DNA of 64,000 nt from Bacillota bacterium (lineage in GTDB: Bacteria; Bacillota; Limnochordia; Darwinibacteriales; Darwinibacteriaceae). Shown here piece by piece: positions 17,540-26,527 of the stretch; the stretch's first letter is position 1; each line of letters opens with the position of its first letter. The stretch lies in contig JAAYOM010000124.1 in the NCBI GenBank assembly GCA_012520315.1, positions 217 to 64,216 on the forward strand. Reading direction: 5' to 3'. Under the pieces are notes generated by a model, which was not told where the DNA came from, did not search any database, and saw only the letters and a list, made by a program, of their open reading frames with translations. A program made the position numbers and the translations under genes.

Positions 17540-17782
17540 ATGGAGCTGATAGCAACTTTCTTCACCCATTCGGGTGCAGTGAAGTATAAGAGGTTTATGA
17601 AAAAGCTGGGAATCGAGGTAGAGCTGCTTCCAGTACCCCGCAGACTTAGTTCTGACTGCGGAATTGGTGCTAAGTTCACAACCTCGGCTGATGTAAAGAC
17701 ATTGATAAGCGAAGACATTGACAAGCTCTTCCTCATAGGTGAAGATGGAGAAAAACTCGTCTACAGCTCCGAGGAAAAGTAA
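17540..17782 (+). CDS. DUF3343 domain protein (putative Se/S carrier, YedF C-terminal-domain-like)
   Basis: 80 aa. ...AVKYKRFMKKLGIEVELLPVPRRLSSDCGIG... is the DUF3343 pattern. Starts 2 nt after the upstream stop. Confidence 0.7.
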   Translation: MELIATFFTHSGAVKYKRFMKKLGIEVELLPVPRRLSSDCGIGAKFTTSADVKTLISEDIDKLFLIGEDGEKLVYSSEEK

Positions 17783-17788
17783 GCCTTG

Positions 17789-17825
17789 CCCCTGCAGCCC
17801 TGGCTGCAGGGGTTATTACTTATTT
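17789..17825 (+). terminator. rho-independent terminator
   Basis: CCCCTGCAGCC-ct-GGCTGCAGGGG hairpin followed by TTATTACTTATTT. Confidence 0.75.
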
Positions 17826-18083
17826 GTGCAGGAATAGGATACCAAACTTAGAATTAGATACACAGGCTAGATAATACTGATGGTCGCCCGTGTGAGAGAT
17901 GTCAAGGAGGACCAGGCTTGCGTACCGCATTGAAATCCAAAGCTTGCCGGCCAAGGGAAAGAAATATGATCAACAGGGTGCAAAAACGGGGGTAGAACTT
18001 AAAAGCAGAATTTCGCAGACTACTTGACAACTTCGTTTCTGAATGAAATCATTAGGTAGGATATTGGGAAATGGGGGAGGCTC

Positions 18084-19229
18084 ATGCATCGCACCTTGTA
18101 CAAGAGGTTACTGGTTCGCTTTATCCTTTATGCAGCATTTATCTTTGTCTTTGCAGTGGTCGTCCCTAGGCTGGCCAGGATGCTTTGGCCATTTCTTCTG
18201 GCCCTCATTGTAGCTTCTGTAGTGGTGGGCATAGCTAACAGGATCAATGAACTCTTGGGCAGGATTAATAAGAGGATTAAGCTGCCAAGTAAGCTGACCA
18301 CCTCTGTCTTGAACATCTTGGTTCTTTTTGTGGTCTCGCTTGCCCTTTACTGGGTGTCTTATACGATAATTAAGGAAGTCATTTCCGTAGCTTCTGGCAT
18401 CCAGCAAAACTGGTCAAATATCGTAGCTACCTATGATCAGCTAGTAGAGGCGTTGACAGTGCGTGTGCAGGGACTTTCGCCTCAGTTGGAGTCCATCTTG
18501 GAGGATATGAAGGACAGTGTTCTGGTTTTTATTCAGAACCTCAGCAAAAACATCGTAACCTTTACCGTATCAACCACAGCCTCTGGGATTACAAGTACAG
18601 GCACTTTCCTGATCAATGTCATAACCTTCGCCCTGGCGCTGTTTTTCATTAGTCTAGACTTTAACCGCCTAGCCGAGGTGGCGCAAAGAATAACGAATCA
18701 GCGCACTAAAGAGACCCTGAGGTCATTGAGGGTTTCTGTAATCATGGCCGCGGGCGGCTATCTGAAAGCCCAGTTCATCCTGGCTTCTTTTGCCTTTATT
18801 TTTATGTTAGTAGCGCTCACAATCTATGGTCAACCCTATGCACTGACCATCGCCTTATTTCTCGGCTTAATCGATCTGCTGCCGGTTATTGGCACTATTG
18901 CCGTCCTCATTCCCTGGGGAGGGGTAGAGCTGTTCCTTGGTGATATCAACAAGGGGATTTTCTTGATCATCCTGGGAGTGGTCTTTTTCTTAGTCAGAAA
19001 GGTTGTAGAACCAAAGGTAATGGGCGACCAGACTGGCTTGCCTCCCTTGTTGGTTCTGCTTAGCACCTATGTTGGCCTGCAGCTTTTCGGAGGATGGGGG
19101 GTACTTTTGGGACCGCTGGTCTTGATGCTCATCATCGCCTTAGTGAAGTCAGGTGTATTTGCCGGTACAGTTGCGGATGTAAAAGAGGCTTATCGTGAAC
19201 TGGCGCAATGGATGAACAAGGATGATTAA
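18084..19229 (+). CDS. AI-2E family transporter (YtvI-like sporulation membrane protein)
   Basis: 381 aa, polytopic. LIDLLPVIGTIAVLIPWG and VVEPKVMGDQTGLPPLLVLLS are typical of the AI-2E/PerM family. Confidence 0.75.
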   Translation: MHRTLYKRLLVRFILYAAFIFVFAVVVPRLARMLWPFLLALIVASVVVGIANRINELLGRINKRIKLPSKLTTSVLNILVLFVVSLALYWVSYTIIKEVISVASGIQQNWSNIVATYDQLVEALTVRVQGLSPQLESILEDMKDSVLVFIQNLSKNIVTFTVSTTASGITSTGTFLINVITFALALFFISLDFNRLAEVAQRITNQRTKETLRSLRVSVIMAAGGYLKAQFILASFAFIFMLVALTIYGQPYALTIALFLGLIDLLPVIGTIAVLIPWGGVELFLGDINKGIFLIILGVVFFLVRKVVEPKVMGDQTGLPPLLVLLSTYVGLQLFGGWGVLLGPLVLMLIIALVKSGVFAGTVADVKEAYRELAQWMNKDD

Positions 19230-19274
19230 AAAAGCTGCCGCAATTTAAGCCGATTCTCTGCCACCGGGTAGAGA

Positions 19275-20687
19275 ATGCAGGTGTTCGGAAGCATTCCGTT
19301 AGGTCTTAGCAGGAATGTTTCAGAACATCTTTTTATTTTGAAGGGAGTGTTTACTCTGAGTGTTTCTTTGTTGAGAAACTTTGCTAAATATGCCAGTTTG
19401 AACATCTTGGGCATGGTCAGCGTTTCTTGTTATATATTGGCCGACACCTACTTTGTAGCCCACAATTTGGGAGCAACCGGATTGGCAGCCTTGAACTTGT
19501 CCATACCCTTGTACAGTGTGATTCATGGCATCGGCCTAATGATCGGCATTGGAGGTGCTACTCGGTACAGCATCCTGCAATCTCAGGCTGAACAGAAGCG
19601 GGCCAACAAAGTGTTTGCCACGGCCTTGCAGGTAGGGATTGTGATAGGACTCCTCTTGGCACTCCTTGGGCTTCTAGGCTCAAATCGTCTGGCCGGATGG
19701 CTCGGTGCTGACACAAGTACATTGGCCATGACGAGGACATACTTGGCCACGATCCTGTTATTCGCGCCGCTGTTCATCACCAACAATATCGTACAGGCCT
19801 TTGTTCGCAACGACCACAATCCCAGACTGGCGATGCTGGCGATGGTGGCCGGCAGCCTTTCAAATATACTTTTGGACTACGTGTTCATGTACATTTTTGA
19901 CTTGGGCATGTTTGGCGCCGCCTTTGCCACCAGTCTCGCACCCTTGATCGGTCTTTGTGTCTTGCTGTTTCATTTTAGGTCGCCACACAGAAAGCTTGCC
20001 ATAACATGGGAAAAGCTGAAATGGAAACTGATTCCGGATCTCTTCAGCCTTGGAACATCTGCCCTGATCCTTGAACTGTCATCTGCTGCAGTGTTGATCA
20101 CTTTCAATTTGGTAATCCTGGGCTTGGAGGGGAATTTTGGCGTGGCAGCCTATGGAATTGTCGCCAATCTGGGACTGGTTGCCATGGCTGTCTTTACAGG
20201 GCTGGCCCAGGGTTCGCAGCCTCTCATCAGCCGGGCTCACGGCATCAAGAGTTCCAGACTGACCCGGAAAGTCAGGGGATATGCCCTAAAAACTGCTCTA
20301 ATCATGGCTGTCCTTATCTATCTTACTGTGCTTTTCTATTCGGAACAGATAGTCGCAGCCTTTAACACGGAGCAGCATATGGAAATCTCTCGCCTGGCAA
20401 AACAGGGACTGAGCCTCTATTTCTTAGGTTTTCTCTTTTTGGGGATAAATATAGTGGTTACCACTTATTTGAGCGCTACTGAACAGGTCCGAGACGCATT
20501 TTTCATAGCAATGGCCAGGGGTTTTGTCATTATCATTCCACTTGTCTTAGTTTTGAGTCAAGTTTGGGGAATGGCTGGTGTTTGGTTGGCGTTCGTGTTT
20601 ACTGAGTGCGCTGTAACTGTGTTTACCGCAGGGGCAAGCAGGCTTGGCACGCGGAACCACCTTAAGTCCCAGGAGATTTCCATCTAG
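19275..20687 (+). CDS. MATE family efflux transporter
   Basis: 12-TM protein. LLRNFAKYASLNILGMVSVSCYILADTYFVAHNLGATGLAALNLSIP is a typical MATE N-terminus. The true start is probably downstream (19347-19371) after AAGGGAG. Confidence 0.85.
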   Translation: MQVFGSIPLGLSRNVSEHLFILKGVFTLSVSLLRNFAKYASLNILGMVSVSCYILADTYFVAHNLGATGLAALNLSIPLYSVIHGIGLMIGIGGATRYSILQSQAEQKRANKVFATALQVGIVIGLLLALLGLLGSNRLAGWLGADTSTLAMTRTYLATILLFAPLFITNNIVQAFVRNDHNPRLAMLAMVAGSLSNILLDYVFMYIFDLGMFGAAFATSLAPLIGLCVLLFHFRSPHRKLAITWEKLKWKLIPDLFSLGTSALILELSSAAVLITFNLVILGLEGNFGVAAYGIVANLGLVAMAVFTGLAQGSQPLISRAHGIKSSRLTRKVRGYALKTALIMAVLIYLTVLFYSEQIVAAFNTEQHMEISRLAKQGLSLYFLGFLFLGINIVVTTYLSATEQVRDAFFIAMARGFVIIIPLVLVLSQVWGMAGVWLAFVFTECAVTVFTAGASRLGTRNHLKSQEISI

Positions 20688-20812
20688 CACTTAAGCAAGG
20701 TTATACCTGCTCCGCGAGGAAGAACAGCAGGAAATCTAAACACATTGTTTAATCAGTAAGTAGCATGACGTACACAGCCGGTAAGGGCTCTTGTCATAGG
20801 GGTGGTTTTTTT

Positions 20813-22249
20813 GTGAAGCAGATTTTGTCACTACTTTATCTGGGATATCTACTTTTTGTTATGCTGCTCATTTTCCTCGGCAATAAGAAGCCGAATCAGC
20901 GGTTCAGCTGGCTTTTGGCCCTTACTTTCCTGCCTGTGGTGGGATTGGCCATTTACCTCTTGTTTGGGAGTGAGACCTATTGGGCTTACAAAAGGAGAAA
21001 AATCCGTCAACGCCACAAGGGGCTTTTCTTAGAACTGGATGAAATCATCCAAAAGAGCGACAATCCCTCTAATCGGATCCTTTCCCCAATCCAGCGTTTT
21101 CATCGGCAGTGGTGCGGGAGTATGTTTACCGATGACAATGCTGTAGAGATATTCACTAACGGCGGACCAAAAATAAAGCGTCTCTTTGAGGATATAAAGG
21201 AAGCGCAGGATCATATTCATGTCCAATACTTCACCATTCACAATGATCCTGTCGGGCAGGAACTAATCGAAATTCTGAAGGAAAAAGTGAAACAGGGGGT
21301 AGAGGTAAAGCTGCTTTATGACAGTTTTGGCTGTTTTATGACCTTTGTGAGACCCCTTTTCCGAGAACTTAAGCAAGCCGGGGGACAAGTGCGAAGCATC
21401 AGGCCCTATGCCCGGGCACTGAACTACCGTAACCATCGCAAACTGGTCATTGTTGACGGGAAGATCGGCTACCTAGGCGGAATGAACTTAGGAGAGCACT
21501 ACGCCAAAGGCGTTCGGGACCAGGAGTGGCGAGACACGCACATTCGGCTGGCCGGGGGAGGCGTCCACGACTTGCAGCAGATTTTTGTTTCTGACTGGAT
21601 TGCCTCAACGCGCAAACATCCCATAGGTTTCAGAAACCGGCTGCGGCACTACTTCCCGAAACGAGACGGGGAGTCTCCTGCCCCAGGCAATTTGCCGACA
21701 CAGACGATAGCCAATGGTCTTTACAACAAGTTTATTCACCAAGACGTTATCAACTTAAGTTACTTCAACCTTATTACAGGGGCTAAGGAGAGGCTTTGGA
21801 TTCAGACACCTTATTTTTCCCCATCAGAACCTATTTTGCAGAGTCTGAAAACCTTGGCGCTGCGGGGGGTTGATGTGCGAATTATGACATCAAGCTACTA
21901 CACCTTCGGGGGACTGTTTCACCACAACATCAAGAACTACTATTTCAGGCAGCTTGTAGACAGCGGAGTCAGGGTCTTTAAGTACAAGGGTATTATGCAC
22001 GCAAAAACTATGCTGATCGACGCAGACGTACTCTGTATAGGCACTGTGAACCTGAATTTTCGCAGCCTCGAACGTGACGACGAGCTTTTTGTCTATTTTG
22101 AATCCCCAGAGCTCAACAGCAAATATGCTGAGATCCTCAGGGTTGATGCAGCTAAGAGCGTTGAATTGGACTATGTGAAGTTCAAAAAGCAGACATTGCG
22201 CTCTCGGGCTTTGGAAGCGGTAGTCAGCCTGTTTTCACCTTTATCGTAA
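20813..22249 (+). CDS. cls: cardiolipin synthase
   Basis: Two HKD motifs (NHRKLVIVDGKIGYLGGMN and MHAKTMLIDADVLCIGTVN) and N-terminal TM helices. GTG 20813 follows AGGGGTGG. Confidence 0.9.
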   Translation: MKQILSLLYLGYLLFVMLLIFLGNKKPNQRFSWLLALTFLPVVGLAIYLLFGSETYWAYKRRKIRQRHKGLFLELDEIIQKSDNPSNRILSPIQRFHRQWCGSMFTDDNAVEIFTNGGPKIKRLFEDIKEAQDHIHVQYFTIHNDPVGQELIEILKEKVKQGVEVKLLYDSFGCFMTFVRPLFRELKQAGGQVRSIRPYARALNYRNHRKLVIVDGKIGYLGGMNLGEHYAKGVRDQEWRDTHIRLAGGGVHDLQQIFVSDWIASTRKHPIGFRNRLRHYFPKRDGESPAPGNLPTQTIANGLYNKFIHQDVINLSYFNLITGAKERLWIQTPYFSPSEPILQSLKTLALRGVDVRIMTSSYYTFGGLFHHNIKNYYFRQLVDSGVRVFKYKGIMHAKTMLIDADVLCIGTVNLNFRSLERDDELFVYFESPELNSKYAEILRVDAAKSVELDYVKFKKQTLRSRALEAVVSLFSPLS

Positions 22250-22265
22250 GGACAGATGGAGGAGA

Positions 22266-23105
22266 ATGATGAGCAAACGCTTAACGAAAAAGGAACTGGC
22301 TAAGGAGCGGTTTGCGGCAAACATTGGTGCATTTTGCTGCCCCCTTTGCGGCGGGGAATTTGTGACGACAGACACCGGAGTACGCTGCCGGCGGAATCAC
22401 AACTTTGATCTTGCCCGTCAAGGATATTTGAGTCTATTTACAGGCAGACAAACCAGCCACTACGATCAAACCCTTTTCTTGGCACGCCGGGAGGTATTTT
22501 CTGCCGGAGTTTATGCTCCGCTAATTGACGAGATCTCCAGTCTGATTAATGCCCTCGGCATCCATGAGCCGCTTGTTCTGGATGCGGGATGTGGTGAAGG
22601 GTCATTTCTGGCCGGGATTTGCAGCAGAGTCCAGCCAGGAGGCATGATTGGCGTAGACATATCACGCGCCGGCATAAGGCTCGCAACTTCCCATTCTGAA
22701 TCCATCATGTGGTGTGTGGCTGATCTGGCTGAGCTGCCCTTTGGCAGCGAAAGCGTTGATGTCATCCTGAATGTTCTCTCGCCGGCTAATTACGGTGAAT
22801 TTAAGAGGGTATTGAAGCCCGGAGGAGTGATTATCAAGGTGCTGCCCCGTGAAGGATACTTGCGGGAGATCCGGCAGCGCCTGGAGGGGGTAGCCCCTTA
22901 CTCTAATGAAGATGTCTTGGCCAAGTTTGAAGAGAACCTTCAGGTAGTCCAGAGCACGAACCTTAAGTATCAAGTTAACGTTAACAGCCTGCTCTGGCAA
23001 TCTATGACGAAAATGACGCCCTTAAGCCGGCGACACCAGATCTCTGGACCGCACCCTAAGCAAATTACTATCGATTTAGAGATCATACAAGGATCTCGTG
23101 CATAA
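22266..23105 (+). CDS. rlmA: 23S rRNA (guanine-N1)-methyltransferase, RlmA family
   Basis: N-terminal zinc ribbon FCCPLCGG...CRRNHNFDLARQGYLSL plus a class-I SAM fold (VLDAGCGEG). Confidence 0.8.
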   Translation: MMSKRLTKKELAKERFAANIGAFCCPLCGGEFVTTDTGVRCRRNHNFDLARQGYLSLFTGRQTSHYDQTLFLARREVFSAGVYAPLIDEISSLINALGIHEPLVLDAGCGEGSFLAGICSRVQPGGMIGVDISRAGIRLATSHSESIMWCVADLAELPFGSESVDVILNVLSPANYGEFKRVLKPGGVIIKVLPREGYLREIRQRLEGVAPYSNEDVLAKFEENLQVVQSTNLKYQVNVNSLLWQSMTKMTPLSRRHQISGPHPKQITIDLEIIQGSRA

Positions 23106-23204
23106 TGGGGAATTACTCTGTTCGTGCAAGGGTTTTCACCAGAACTGTCGAATTACACAAAGTGGGAATCAACTAGTTGGTTAGGTCGGGGGTTTAGGTG
23201 GAAC

Positions 23205-24128
23205 ATGCTAGATGATTTGGATTTGGGGAGAAGACAAAACGTCCTGATCGTAGAGGATGTCAAGCTGAATGCTCAAATCTTAGTGAATGCCCTTCAGGAT
23301 GAATATGATCTCAGGGTGGCCAGCAATGGTGTGGAAGCACGTGCCATGGTCAGGGAGCAATTGCCAGACTTAATATTGCTCGACATTGTGATGCCCGAAA
23401 TGGATGGCTATGCGGTATGTGCTGCGCTGCAGGCGGATCATAATACCCGTGATATTCCTATTCTGTTCTTGACAGCACTTGAAGGCGACAAAAACGAAGC
23501 TTACGGTATAGAGCTTGGTGCTATGGACTATATTAGAAAGCCCTTTAATGTTCCCATTGTGAAGGCCAAAATTCGCAATCATCTAGAGTTGAAACGGTAC
23601 AAGGACATATTAAAAAGAGACAGCCGGATTGACGGTTTGACCAGGATTCCCAACCGCAGGCGTTTTGATGAAGCTTATTCAGAAGAAGTCAGCCGGGCAC
23701 TGCGCAATAAGACACCGCTTGCGGTCTTGATGATAGACCTAGACCTCTTCAAGGCATACAACGACACCTACGGACACTTGCAGGGTGACGATGTCTTGAA
23801 GCTGGTAGCCCGAACTTTATATAACACCTTACAGCGTCCAGGTGACCTGATCGCACGCTGGGGCGGGGAAGAGTTTGTGGCGCTGCTGCCTCAGACCGCA
23901 CTTAATGGCGCTTGGCAAGTGGCCGAAAGGCTGCGCTTGGCCATCTATGACTTGCAGATTCCCCATGAAGCCTCGCCGATAGATCGATACTTAACGATAT
24001 CAGTTGGTGTTGCGTCCGCGGATGGAAGTGATCGCAGCGCCTGTGAAGAGCTCTTGCAGAGGGCTGATGAAGCAGTCTATTGTGCGAAAAAGCGTGGCCG
24101 CAATACAACAGTTGTTTATGAGTCATAA
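23205..24128 (+). CDS. response regulator receiver-GGDEF diguanylate cyclase
   Basis: REC domain (VLIVEDV...DLILLDIVMPEMDG...KPF), then a GGDEF domain with GGEEF and an RxxD I-site (RPGD). Confidence 0.9.
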   Translation: MLDDLDLGRRQNVLIVEDVKLNAQILVNALQDEYDLRVASNGVEARAMVREQLPDLILLDIVMPEMDGYAVCAALQADHNTRDIPILFLTALEGDKNEAYGIELGAMDYIRKPFNVPIVKAKIRNHLELKRYKDILKRDSRIDGLTRIPNRRRFDEAYSEEVSRALRNKTPLAVLMIDLDLFKAYNDTYGHLQGDDVLKLVARTLYNTLQRPGDLIARWGGEEFVALLPQTALNGAWQVAERLRLAIYDLQIPHEASPIDRYLTISVGVASADGSDRSACEELLQRADEAVYCAKKRGRNTTVVYES

Positions 24129-24149
24129 TAGTTGAAAGGAGCTGATCGG

Positions 24150-24635
24150 GTGACGGCAATTGACTTTGCGATTAAAATGGAGCTGGACGGAGAGAAGTAT
24201 TACTTGGAGCAGGGCGAAAAAGCAGGTCACGCAGGCTTAAAGGCAGTTTTTGCCTTGCTGGCTGCAGAAGAAAGGGCACATGCCGAACTGTTGGAAAAAT
24301 ACAAGGCAAAGAAGGACTATGAACTGAAGGACAGCCAGGTTCCCGCCCACTTTAAAGGCATTTTCGAGAATGAAAAGGATCTGCAGATTGAATATAAGGC
24401 AAGGCCGGATCAACTGGATGCCTATCAGTTAGCGCTGGAGAAGGAGCAGGAGAGCATTGTCCTCTACGAAAAAATGGGTGCCGAGGCCGGCAGCGAAGAA
24501 GAAAAGCGCTTGTTTAACTTTTTGGTTGAGCAGGAGAAGATTCATTACAACATGTTTCAAGACCTTATCGAACATGTGATTAAAGCCAGACAGTGGGTAG
24601 AATCGGCAGAGTTTGGCTTGAGAGAAGACTATTAA
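24150..24635 (+). CDS. ferritin-like/rubrerythrin-family di-iron protein
   Basis: AAAGGAG SD 9 nt before GTG 24150. ExxH-type pairs (AAEERAHAELL and VEQEKIHYNMF) on a four-helix pattern. Confidence 0.65.
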   Translation: MTAIDFAIKMELDGEKYYLEQGEKAGHAGLKAVFALLAAEERAHAELLEKYKAKKDYELKDSQVPAHFKGIFENEKDLQIEYKARPDQLDAYQLALEKEQESIVLYEKMGAEAGSEEEKRLFNFLVEQEKIHYNMFQDLIEHVIKARQWVESAEFGLREDY

Positions 24636-24653
24636 GACAAGGTTTAAGGTAAG

Positions 24654-24682
24654 AAAAGACGCCTCAGGGGCGTCTTTTTTGC
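24654..24682. terminator. bidirectional rho-independent terminator
   Basis: AAAAGACGCC-tcagg-GGCGTCTTTTTT, with an A-run on one side and a T-run on the other. Confidence 0.85.
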
Positions 24683-24699
24683 ATGCGCGGGGAGCCTGG

Positions 24700-25554
24700 C
24701 TAACCTTTGATGGCACCCGCCGAAACACCTTTTGTGAGTTGTTTTCTAAAGAACAGGTAAAATACAACCATTGGCACTAGCCCTATGGTCAGGGCGGCAA
24801 ACTGGCGACCGTGGTCGCTGGCCAATGCGCCAGAGAACTTATGGATTCCGACCGGCAGCGTTCGCAGTGCATCCCGGGAAACGAGGATGTTGATCAGCAT
24901 AAACTCATTCCAGACACCCGATACATTGAGAATGGCCAAGGTTACTGCCACAGGGGTCGCCATTGGCGCAACAATCGAAGCGAAGATGCGGAAATAAGAT
25001 GCACCATCAATCCGCGCCGATTCAACTACCGAGTCAGGAATGGACTTGATAAACTCCGTACACAGATAAACCCCGATCGGAAGCCCCATACCAACATAAG
25101 GTATTAGCACTCCAAGGCGGGTATCATACAGCCCAGTGGCAACTGACATCAAAAAGAGCGGCACCATTATTGACTGGAGTGTCAGCAAAATCCCCATGAT
25201 AAAGCTGCCGTGCAAGAACGGGGTCGCTTTGCTGCGGAGCTTAGCGAAGGCAAAGCCTGCCATCAGGGACAGGGCAATGACGAGCAAAGTAGAGGCTGTG
25301 GTAAAGAAAAGACTGTTCAGAAACAACGTGTCAAACTGGGCTAAGCGCCAAGCAGTTGGGTAGTTGCTCAGTGTTGGGTTCTGGGGCAATCCCAAAAGGT
25401 TCAGCTGGAACTCAGTATTGGTCTTAAGGGAGCTGATAACAAGCCAAAGCAGTGGGTACAGCGTTAGAACCGTGAAGACAATTGCCACTAGGTAGACAAA
25501 GACTTTAAGTACGGGATGGAAATCACTTTTTCGAATTTTGACTTGCTTCATCAT
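24700..25554 (-). CDS. carbohydrate ABC transporter permease (MalG-like)
   Basis: 6-TM BPD-transport permease with EAA loop ESARIDGASYFRIFASIVAP. Confidence 0.9.
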   Translation of the reverse strand: MMKQVKIRKSDFHPVLKVFVYLVAIVFTVLTLYPLLWLVISSLKTNTEFQLNLLGLPQNPTLSNYPTAWRLAQFDTLFLNSLFFTTASTLLVIALSLMAGFAFAKLRSKATPFLHGSFIMGILLTLQSIMVPLFLMSVATGLYDTRLGVLIPYVGMGLPIGVYLCTEFIKSIPDSVVESARIDGASYFRIFASIVAPMATPVAVTLAILNVSGVWNEFMLINILVSRDALRTLPVGIHKFSGALASDHGRQFAALTIGLVPMVVFYLFFRKQLTKGVSAGAIKG

Positions 25555-26459
25555 TCTCTACCCCCAAACTTTGCCTCAGTAAGTTTCACAAGCACGATCA
25601 AGAGCAAACTGAGCATGACCATGAAAACTGAGATGGCGTTGGCCAGTGGATATTTGGGCGAGTGTTTAAAGGCGGTATCATACATATAAAGGGCTAAAAC
25701 CGAAGTCCTTCGGGCCGGATTGCCGGCGGTCATGGCAAAGAGCAGGTCAAAACTCTTGAGAGAACCTGATATCGCCAAAATTGATGCGGTGACAATCACA
25801 CCGGAAAGGGAAGGAAGCATGATCCGGGTGAGCACTTGCCATTCGGTGGCACCGTCGATCCTGGCAGCCTCGATCAGTGCAGGATCGATCTTTTGCAGAT
25901 TGGCCAGGAAGATGATCATGTAGGTGCCTGTATACATCCACAAAATAACAAAAAGTACTGGTACAATAGCCAATTTCGGATCAAAGAAAAGTTCGTTCTC
26001 CCATCCGGGCTGGAACTTCTGCATGAACTCAGTAAAAGGTCCGTAGGGAGAGAAAAAGGATCGCCACAGTCTGCCCACAATAATCGTTGAGATCACACAG
26101 GGCAGATAGATAATCGTCTGAAAAAAGCCCGTGAACTTGACTAGTTTGCGATGGATAACATAGGCAAACAGAAATCCTAGGGGGATTTGTCCAAACACGG
26201 AGATGAGAATAATCAAAGTGTTGTTCTTAAGAGAAATCCAAAAGTATTGATCGCGAAACATTCGCAGATAATGTGTGAAACCCACGAATTGAATGTTCGG
26301 ATTGTTGAATACTGGTCCTCCGTTGTAGTTTGTCAGGCTGAGGATAAAAGAAAAGACGGTGGGAAATGCCATTACAGCCCAATATACTGCTACCGCTGGC
26401 AGAGCGAGCAAGAGGTAGGCGCGGCGTTCCTCGGTCCACCAATGGATAACCCTTTTCAT
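25551..26459 (-). CDS. carbohydrate ABC transporter permease (MalF-like)
   Basis: EAA loop EAARIDGATEWQVLTRIMLP. ATGA overlap with the downstream permease. Confidence 0.9.
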   Translation of the reverse strand: MKRVIHWWTEERRAYLLLALPAVAVYWAVMAFPTVFSFILSLTNYNGGPVFNNPNIQFVGFTHYLRMFRDQYFWISLKNNTLIILISVFGQIPLGFLFAYVIHRKLVKFTGFFQTIIYLPCVISTIIVGRLWRSFFSPYGPFTEFMQKFQPGWENELFFDPKLAIVPVLFVILWMYTGTYMIIFLANLQKIDPALIEAARIDGATEWQVLTRIMLPSLSGVIVTASILAISGSLKSFDLLFAMTAGNPARRTSVLALYMYDTAFKHSPKYPLANAISVFMVMLSLLLIVLVKLTEAKFGGRE

Positions 26460-26527
26460 GGAAACGCTCCTCCTTGGCAGGAAGGGGTGGGTCCAAAAGG
26501 AACCCGACCCCTTGCTAGTATTTACTG

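Noticed and set aside
19250-19273. Hairpin ATTCTCT-N10-AGAGAAT after the ytvI-like gene as a terminator.
   Set aside because: No T-tract follows. It could equally be incidental.
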